Assembly (NCBI GenBank): GCA_050874485.1
Contig: JBNMKT010000001.1
Span: 1 to 43,618 of the forward strand
DNA length: 43,618 bases
Direction: 5' to 3'
Origin: a bacterium
GTDB taxonomy: Bacteria; Bacillota; Clostridia; Lachnospirales; Lachnospiraceae
Under the pieces are notes generated by a model. It saw only the letters and a list, made by a program, of their open reading frames with translations, had not been told where the DNA came from and ran no database searches. Each line of letters begins with the position of its first letter. The stretch's first letter is position 1. A program made the translations under genes and the position numbers. Below, one piece after another: positions 36,768 to 43,618 of the stretch.

Positions 36768-36783
36768 TTTGGATCTATCACAT

Positions 36784-36824
36784 AAAAAAAGATAGACAAT
36801 CCACTAAGAGAATTGTCTATCTTT
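36784..36824 (-). terminator. ftsZ terminator
   Basis: AAAGATAGACAAT-N11-ATTGTCTATCTTT with a T-run on the minus strand. Confidence 0.8.
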
Positions 36825-36861
36825 GCATTCATCAAAATTAACGATCCAATATTTGTAATTT

Positions 36862-38112
36862 TTATCTTCTTGTATTCTTTAAGAAAGTCGGAATCTGGAT
36901 GTCCTTCTCCGGTACACTGCTCTCCGGTCTCTTCGGCTTCTGGATACCTGTAAATGTCGGATTCACCGGTGTCACAGGAGTCGTACCTGCTACTGTTCCC
37001 GCTGCGCCCAGTCCGCGTGAATATGTACCGCCTGTCGCACCGGACAAACCGCTGCGACTCGTCAGTCCACTGTTCATCGGTCTCGTTGCACCTGCTGTAG
37101 CTGCTGTCGTTCCGGTTGAATATTTCATGCCACTCATCAGAGGTGTCACAGAAGGCTTTTTGTTTGCCTCGAGTCCGGTTGCAATCACTGTAATCTTGGC
37201 TGTATCCGTCATGGACTCATCATACTTGGCACCAAAGATAATATTTGCATCATCACCGGCCAGATCCTGTACATAACCGGCTGCATCACTGGCATCGATC
37301 AAAGAGATATCTCCGGAAATGTTGATAATCACGTGTGATGCACCGTTGATCGTTGTCTCCAGCAACGGGCTTGCAACTGCCAGCTTGACAGCTTCGAGTG
37401 CTTTGTCATCGCCATGCGCTTCACCGATTCCGATATGTGCCAGACCTTTGTCCTTCATGACGGTCTGTACATCCGCAAAATCCAGATTAATCAGAGCCGG
37501 CAGATTGATCAGGTCTGTGATACCCTGTACAGACTGCTGGAGCACTTCGTCTGCCTTCTTGAGTGCATCCGGCATCGTTGTACGGCGGTCTACAATCTCT
37601 AACAGCTTATCATTGGGAATCACAATCAGTGTATCCACACTGTCATTGAGACGCTCAATACCTGAAACTGCATTGACCATACGCTGTTTTGCCTCAAACT
37701 TAAACGGTTTCGTCACAACACCGACTGTCAGGATACCCATATTCTTAGCAATCTTGGCTACTACGGGAGCTGCACCGGTTCCGGTTCCGCCGCCCATACC
37801 ACAGGTTACGAACACCATGTCTGCGCCCTCTATTGCATGGGACAGATCATCCGCACTCTCCTCTGCAGCTTTCATTCCGATCTCCGGCTGGGCACCCGCA
37901 CCCAGACCTTTGGTGAGTTTCTCTCCGATCTGGATCAACGTGGGAGCTTTACAAAGCGCTAATGCCTGTTTATCCGTATTCACACCTACGAACTCGACAC
38001 CGCCGATATTCTCATCAATCATTCTATTTACCGCATTGTTTCCAGCGCCTCCGACACCGATCACAATGATTTTCGCATTATTGTCTGCACCTGTGGTTGT
38101 AATCTCTAACAA
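36862..38112 (-). CDS. ftsZ: Cell division protein FtsZ
   Basis: [23 protein letters not shown] tubulin signature, NLDFADV and C-terminal IPTFL. GAGGAGG precedes TTG 38112. Confidence 0.98.
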   Translation of the reverse strand: MLEITTTGADNNAKIIVIGVGGAGNNAVNRMIDENIGGVEFVGVNTDKQALALCKAPTLIQIGEKLTKGLGAGAQPEIGMKAAEESADDLSHAIEGADMVFVTCGMGGGTGTGAAPVVAKIAKNMGILTVGVVTKPFKFEAKQRMVNAVSGIERLNDSVDTLIVIPNDKLLEIVDRRTTMPDALKKADEVLQQSVQGITDLINLPALINLDFADVQTVMKDKGLAHIGIGEAHGDDKALEAVKLAVASPLLETTINGASHVIINISGDISLIDASDAAGYVQDLAGDDANIIFGAKYDESMTDTAKITVIATGLEANKKPSVTPLMSGMKYSTGTTAATAGATRPMNSGLTSRSGLSGATGGTYSRGLGAAGTVAGTTPVTPVNPTFTGIQKPKRPESSVPEKDIQIPTFLKNTRR

Positions 38113-38257
38113 GAGCTTGTCCTCCTCTATCCTCAAATATGCGCACGAACTTAGCGCCTTATCCAAATATTCTCCATCCTATATGATAGGTACACATTAC
38201 CGCGTACAAATCCTAATCATATTTATAATAGTATTTCTTCAAAAATTTATCAACCAT

Positions 38258-39043
38258 TTATTTTGTTTTTTTACTTTTTTTAGGAGCAAATATAATATCG
38301 GTCGTTTCACTCGTCCAGTTTTCTAAATGCAGTGTACCCCGCTTGCCTTCCAACTGCGGTAAAATGTACTGCAGGCGCAATATTTTCTGTGCCAGATTAT
38401 CTGCATTTCCGACATTTATGGTGATCTTTCCGCTATACACGGTCATCGCCCCGGATGCCTCATCATAACTGATGCGTTTGGCAGGAATCTCATATTTTTG
38501 CAACAGCTGCGTCAGTGATAACAGATTCTTGAGAGATGTGTCATTTTCTAACGGCAGTTTCTCATACAAGACAACGGAATCACAGGTCAGCCCCTCTATC
38601 TTTGGTATATCAGGAATGACCTCCTGCGAAGTCTCTACCACGAATCCATCTTTATCAAAATAGGCATTCTGATCGATCGAAGTAATGTAGAGATATCCGA
38701 GAATTCCCTTCTCGTACACCTCCACCGTCAGTTCATGCGGATGTTCGGGGTTCAGCCCCACCGTCATCTCGTCTACAAACGGTAATTTTTCGGTGCGCAG
38801 AAATCGGTACTTCAGATATACATAGAGTGAACTCCACGAATAGTCATCATCGAGCACCAGCTCCCGGATCTGGTCATCGGTATAGAACTCATTGCCGACG
38901 ACTGTGACCTTTTTTACCGTGAACACCTGTGTCACGAGCACGGCACAGATCCCGGCAAGCAGCACGATCAGCCCTAAAATCATCAATATATTTCGTTTTC
39001 TTTTTCGTCTGCGCTCATTTTCCCTGCGCTGTTCTCTAATCAT
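38258..39043 (-). CDS. ftsQ: FtsQ/DivIB-family cell division protein
   Basis: Basic N-terminus, single TM, F.VK.V.V.GN POTRA-like start; located between ftsW and ftsZ. Confidence 0.8.
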   Translation of the reverse strand: MIREQRRENERRRKRKRNILMILGLIVLLAGICAVLVTQVFTVKKVTVVGNEFYTDDQIRELVLDDDYSWSSLYVYLKYRFLRTEKLPFVDEMTVGLNPEHPHELTVEVYEKGILGYLYITSIDQNAYFDKDGFVVETSQEVIPDIPKIEGLTCDSVVLYEKLPLENDTSLKNLLSLTQLLQKYEIPAKRISYDEASGAMTVYSGKITINVGNADNLAQKILRLQYILPQLEGKRGTLHLENWTSETTDIIFAPKKSKKTK

Positions 39044-40184
39044 AAGCGATCTCCGATGCGTCCGGCTCAAACTGGATTCCACGGGACACTGACAATGCCA
39101 GCCCCATCTCTGCCAAGAGGAATACCACCGATGTGCCTCCGTAGCTGATAAACGGCAGCGTGACACCGGTATTCGGAATCGAATTCGTCACGACCGCGAT
39201 ATTTAATACAACCTGTATAGCGATATGTGCCAGAATACCCGTCATGAGTAATGCCCCGTACAGATCCCTGGCATTGTTTGCGATGACCATAAAGCGCCAC
39301 ATCAACAGCAAAAACAGTAAAATCACACAGATCGCACCAAACAGTCCAAGTTCCTCACAGATGATCGAAAAGATCATATCATTGGGCGCTTCCGGCACGA
39401 ATCCGAGCTTTTGCATACTGTTACCCAGTCCTTTTCCAAACAGTCCGCCTGATCCGATCGCATACAATCCCTGCAGCGTCTGGAAACCTTTTTCAAAATT
39501 CTCCGGATGCTGCCACATTGCGATACGGTCACCGCGGTATCCTGCCGATGGCAGCAGTAAAAACAGCGCAATCGCTCCGACTCCTACGCCACCAACTGCA
39601 AAAAACTGTAAATATTTCGGACTGGATACAAATACCATCGCCACACCGATACCCAGTACGATGATCGCCGTACTCAGGTTATTATAAGCGATCAGGCCAA
39701 AGAGCGGTATGATCACGAGCATCACACGGATCACCATGGAAAACTTCGCCATCTTTTTTGGCATCCGGCTGATCAGACTCGCTAAAAACATGATCACCGC
39801 CAGCTTGGCAAACTCTGACGGCTGAAACTCCATGCTGGAATTGGGGATACCCAGCCATCTTCTCGAACCGTTATGATCGATTCCAATCCCAGGAATCAGA
39901 ACGAGTGAACAGAGCACCAGTGCAATCAGATATGCAAGTGTTCCCATATTTCTCCATCTGCGGTAATCGATTTTCGATATCACAAACATACCAAACAGTC
40001 CCAGTCCGAATGCCATCGCCTGACGCTTCAGATAATGCGCCGGATCCTTGAATGTATTCTGCGCATCATAAGCACTCGTGCTGTAGAGCATCACGAGACC
40101 GAAACAGATCAAAAATATGATGATAAAGAGCAGACTGTAGTCGAAATATTTGACTTGCCGCTTTTTCTTCTGACGTCGTGCCAT
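39036..40184 (-). CDS. ftsW: SEDS-family protein FtsW/SpoVE
   Basis: GLVMLYS, GSRRW, QPSEFAK, GSGG.FGKG.GNS.QK, PEA.ND and TG.TLPFISYGG. Confidence 0.92.
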   Translation of the reverse strand: MARRQKKKRQVKYFDYSLLFIIIFLICFGLVMLYSTSAYDAQNTFKDPAHYLKRQAMAFGLGLFGMFVISKIDYRRWRNMGTLAYLIALVLCSLVLIPGIGIDHNGSRRWLGIPNSSMEFQPSEFAKLAVIMFLASLISRMPKKMAKFSMVIRVMLVIIPLFGLIAYNNLSTAIIVLGIGVAMVFVSSPKYLQFFAVGGVGVGAIALFLLLPSAGYRGDRIAMWQHPENFEKGFQTLQGLYAIGSGGLFGKGLGNSMQKLGFVPEAPNDMIFSIICEELGLFGAICVILLFLLLMWRFMVIANNARDLYGALLMTGILAHIAIQVVLNIAVVTNSIPNTGVTLPFISYGGTSVVFLLAEMGLALSVSRGIQFEPDASEIAYD

Positions 40185-40223
40185 ATGCTCACTCCCTCAT
40201 ATTGTTTCCATTACTTACAACCA

Positions 40224-41603
40224 CTATTTTTTTAATGCCCTGACCATATCCTTGAACATGCGTCCGCGCTGTTCATAATTGTCAAACATGCCCCAGCTCG
40301 CACATGCCGGTGACAATAGCACGGCATCTCCGCTGACTGCTGTCGCGTGGCAGATATCTACCGCCTCCTGCAGCGAATCCGCGAACACATAATCATGGAA
40401 TCCCATGCGCTCACACGTATCCGCAATCTTTTGTGCAGTCGCACCGATCAGAACCAGTTTTTTCACTTTTCCGTCAAATGCACCGATCCACTCGTCATAC
40501 TCAGACTGCTTATCATAACCTCCACCGATCAGACACGTCGGACGATCCATCGCACGGATACCCTGAATCGCAGCATCTGGATTCGTGCCCTTGGAATCAT
40601 TATAATATCTGACTCCGTCTACCTCCGTGACATACTCTATTCTATGCTCCACTGCCGTAAATCTGACTAAAACCTCCCGGATCTTATCGAGCGGCACTCC
40701 ATAGCTGTACGCGATCGCAGTCGCCGCCATGACATTTTCATAATTATGCCTGCCGAGCAGATTCAGATCCTTCACATTGCAGACGCGTTCTTTTTCACCG
40801 CCTTTTGCCAGCCAGATCTCATCGCCGGACAGATACAGTCCGTCATCCAGTGCTCTCGCACTGCTGAAATATACGACATGCATCCGCTGTTTCAGTTGTT
40901 CTCCAAATGCGCGCAGCACATCATCCTCGTAGTTGAGTACACACACATCATCTGCAGACTGGCCTTCGGTGATGCGCTCCTTTGCTGCAATATAATTTTC
41001 CATCGTATGATGACGGTTCAGATGATCCGGTGTAATATTCAAAATAGCTGACACCTTCGGTGCAAAATGCTCGACGGTCTCCAGCTGGAAGCTCGAGATC
41101 TCTGCGACTGTCACAGTCTCCGGTGTCATATCCGGTGCCATCCGTGTATACGGAATACCGATATTTCCGACCACCTGCACATCAGACACATAATTTTTCA
41201 TGATCTCTCCGGTCAGCGCGGTCGTTGTCGTCTTACCGTTTGTTCCGGTGATTGCCAGCACATCGCCCTCCGAAAATGCATATGCCAGTTCGATCTCTCC
41301 CCAGATATGCACGCCGTGTGCACGCAAGCGCTCAATCATCGGCAGATCAGTCGGCACACCGGGGCTGAGCACTGCATAGGAATAGTTGTCCATATTTGTC
41401 TCAGGCAATGTACCGATCAGCACGCCGCACGCCGACAGAGCCTGTGACTTTTCACGGATCGCCGCTTCCGTCAGCGATGCATTGCCATCGAAAATGTCAA
41501 ATCCGATCTGATGTGCTGCCAGCAGCTCAGCTGCAGCGATGCCGCTGATGCCGGTTCCTACTACAAGTACTTTCTTATTTTCCAGATTCATCTGTATTCT
41601 CAT
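40224..41603 (-). CDS. murD: UDP-N-acetylmuramoyl-L-alanine--D-glutamate ligase
   Basis: SPGVP, ITGTNGKTTT, E.SSFQLE, NDSKGTN and LLSPACASW. Confidence 0.97.
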   Translation of the reverse strand: MRIQMNLENKKVLVVGTGISGIAAAELLAAHQIGFDIFDGNASLTEAAIREKSQALSACGVLIGTLPETNMDNYSYAVLSPGVPTDLPMIERLRAHGVHIWGEIELAYAFSEGDVLAITGTNGKTTTTALTGEIMKNYVSDVQVVGNIGIPYTRMAPDMTPETVTVAEISSFQLETVEHFAPKVSAILNITPDHLNRHHTMENYIAAKERITEGQSADDVCVLNYEDDVLRAFGEQLKQRMHVVYFSSARALDDGLYLSGDEIWLAKGGEKERVCNVKDLNLLGRHNYENVMAATAIAYSYGVPLDKIREVLVRFTAVEHRIEYVTEVDGVRYYNDSKGTNPDAAIQGIRAMDRPTCLIGGGYDKQSEYDEWIGAFDGKVKKLVLIGATAQKIADTCERMGFHDYVFADSLQEAVDICHATAVSGDAVLLSPACASWGMFDNYEQRGRMFKDMVRALKK

Positions 41604-41617
41604 GTCCTACACACTCC

Positions 41618-42577
41618 TTACAATGCCATATATGCAACGAGACACAACAACGTGGTCACGATCGAAAATACTGCCACGACCTTTGTCTCTGACCAGCCGC
41701 CCAGCTCAAAATGATGATGGATCGGCGCCATACGGAAGATCCGCTTGCCATGCGTCAGTTTGAAATATCCGACCTGCAGCATGACTGATAAAATCTCGAT
41801 CCAATAGATCAATCCGACGATCAGTATAAAGATCGGCATCTGCATCATGTACGCCGTCGCCGCGACGAAGCCGCCGAGCGCCAGTGAGCCGGTGTCACCC
41901 ATAAATACACGCGCCGGATAGACATTAAACAGCAGAAATCCCAGCAGCGCCCCAACGACTGCGCAGGTAATCGGTGCAACCTGGCTGTCTGTGCCGATCG
42001 CTACGACAGCAAAGAACGTCGCCACCAGAATCGTCACACTGCTCGCCAGTCCGTCCAGACCATCTGTAAAATTCACACCGTTGACCGTTCCGATCACTGC
42101 CAGAAACATAACCGGAAATGCCAGCCAGCCGAGATTCAGATATTTGCCACCGCTAAACGGAATGAGCATTGTCATCGGAATATCTGCGCGCACCAGATAA
42201 AATGCAAACACGCCAGTCACAACGATCTCACAGAGCATCTTCTGCCATGCCAGAAGGCCATCCGAACGCTTGAGCACGACTTTCAGGTAATCATCCAGAA
42301 ATCCGATGATACCGTAACCGAGCGTCACGAACAGGATCGGCATGATCTTCGGATAAGATCTCATAAAAACAAGACTCGTCACCGTGATCGCAATCAGAAT
42401 CATCAGGCCTCCCATCGTCGGTGTTCCATTTTTCACCTGATGGGATGCCAGCTCCTCCCGCTCCGTATTACCGATCTTCAGTTTCCGCAAAAACGGTATA
42501 AGCACCGGTCCTAATACTGCACTGATCGCAAATGAGATCAGTACGGCAAAAATGCATACATTTGTCATATCTTCCAC
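41618..42577 (-). CDS. mraY: Phospho-N-acetylmuramoyl-pentapeptide transferase
   Basis: K.GTPTMGG, GFLDD, N.TDGLDGL, FMGDTGSL and MAPIHHHFE. Confidence 0.97.
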   Translation of the reverse strand: MEDMTNVCIFAVLISFAISAVLGPVLIPFLRKLKIGNTEREELASHQVKNGTPTMGGLMILIAITVTSLVFMRSYPKIMPILFVTLGYGIIGFLDDYLKVVLKRSDGLLAWQKMLCEIVVTGVFAFYLVRADIPMTMLIPFSGGKYLNLGWLAFPVMFLAVIGTVNGVNFTDGLDGLASSVTILVATFFAVVAIGTDSQVAPITCAVVGALLGFLLFNVYPARVFMGDTGSLALGGFVAATAYMMQMPIFILIVGLIYWIEILSVMLQVGYFKLTHGKRIFRMAPIHHHFELGGWSETKVVAVFSIVTTLLCLVAYMAL

Positions 42578-42628
42578 CTTTGATATCCCTCTTTCTTTTG
42601 TTCTGATACAGTTTTCATTTCAACTTAT

Positions 42629-43618
42629 CTAGTATACGTTATTTTCAGTCTCAGTGCAAGGCGCGATCTCCAAATAGGGAAGAATATCCGCAAAAATATC
42701 ATGTGCGACCGGAGCAGCGATCGTACCACCATAATAGACACCCTGCGGATCGTGGATCACGACCAACACGAGTACCTGTGGATCATCTGCCGGCGCAAAT
42801 CCGAGAAATGAGGAAATATAACGGTGCGCGCTTCGCGGCAGCGTCTGCGAGGTTGCTGTCTTGCCACCGATCTTATAGCCATCAATATAGGCACGTTTTC
42901 CACCGCCCTCACTCACGACACTCTCGAGCAGCTGCGCCATCAGCCGGGACGTATCTGCCGATACGATGCGGTCATGCTCCGTTGTCTCATAATCTGCGCG
43001 AAAATTTCTCACGAGATCACCATCTGTATTCCGTGCCTCCAGCGCCAGATGTGGTGTGATAAGCAGTCCTCCATTCACGAGCGAGCCTGCCGTCGCCGCC
43101 AGCTTGATCGGAGTGATCTGAAAGCTCTGTCCAAATGAGATCGTCGCCAGCTCGACCGGTCCGACATTCTCCTTGGCATGCATGATCGTCCCCGCCTCGC
43201 CCGGCAGGTCAATACCGGTCAGCCGGTTCAGCCCAAACTGATTAAAATATTTGAAATAGTCATCCACGCCAACACGCTGGCCGATCGTGATAAACACCGG
43301 ATTACACGAGTTTTGCAGTCCCTGCGCAAACGTTTCACTGCCGTGCCCGGTCACCTTATGGCATCGGATTCTCCGATCCTCCACAGTAATATAACCCGGA
43401 CAGAAAAAATGATCTTCCACGGACACCACGCCCTTCTCAAGTGCCGCGGATGCCGTGATGATCTTGAAGATACTACCCGGCTCATAAGTGTCATTCAAGC
43501 ACTTATTCCGCCACATCTGGTTCAATGCATCATTTTCACTCACACCAGGCTGTGGCTCATAGTCTTCCGGGAGTGTAAACGGATGATTCGAATCAAACTC
43601 CGGCAGATCCACCATCGC
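42629..43618 (-). CDS. Class B penicillin-binding protein SpoVD/FtsI, C-terminal part (runs off the right edge)
   Basis: EPGSIFK (SxxK), SCN (SxN) and GKTAT (KTG-like) transpeptidase motifs; located upstream of mraY. Confidence 0.9.
   Translation of the reverse strand, partial: AMVDLPEFDSNHPFTLPEDYEPQPGVSENDALNQMWRNKCLNDTYEPGSIFKIITASAALEKGVVSVEDHFFCPGYITVEDRRIRCHKVTGHGSETFAQGLQNSCNPVFITIGQRVGVDDYFKYFNQFGLNRLTGIDLPGEAGTIMHAKENVGPVELATISFGQSFQITPIKLAATAGSLVNGGLLITPHLALEARNTDGDLVRNFRADYETTEHDRIVSADTSRLMAQLLESVVSEGGGKRAYIDGYKIGGKTATSQTLPRSAHRYISSFLGFAPADDPQVLVLVVIHDPQGVYYGGTIAAPVAHDIFADILPYLEIAPCTETENNVY

Noticed and set aside
37319-38326. 335-aa plus-strand ORF and other long antisense ORFs over sstT, nfnB and ftsW
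   Set aside because: Antisense shadows of conserved genes, with no motifs or RBS.

Overview
Chromosomal window from a spore-forming Clostridia (gene content typical of Lachnospiraceae; inferred). The left flank (1-13.8 kb) has housekeeping genes: DUF5717-like, a CobD/HisC-type PLP enzyme, sstT, nfnAB, a BMP-domain protein, two CobW-type GTPases and argS. The right flank (33.5-43.6 kb) has the dcw/sporulation cluster spoVD-like PBP, mraY, murD, ftsW/spoVE, ftsQ, ftsZ, spoIIGA, sigE, plus a beta-CASP hydrolase. The main finding is that sigG, the late FORESPORE sigma factor, is split at codon 96 by an 18,789-bp integrative element (14188-32976). The element carries a large serine recombinase and readable attL/attR sites: 16-bp inverted arms symmetric about a CC dinucleotide. 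Precise excision would restore a 258-aa SigG. This is skin-like architecture, but in a germ-line gene rather than a mother-cell gene. The element also carries a resolvase with a putative res site, a relaxase/MobC pair, two toxin-antitoxin pairs, an SF2 helicase, two paralogous ~60-aa candidate directionality factors and a WYL regulator. Four perfect TGACA-N5-TGTCA boxes each lie exactly 11 nt from a -10 hexamer. They precede a DUF932-pilin-YqaJ-RecT-DUF5688 operon, a WYL-dynamin operon and two other genes. Two small proteins absent from the ORF track were read by hand: a 45-aa Flp-type prepilin and a 48-aa zinc ribbon. All family assignments come from motif recognition, not database searches.
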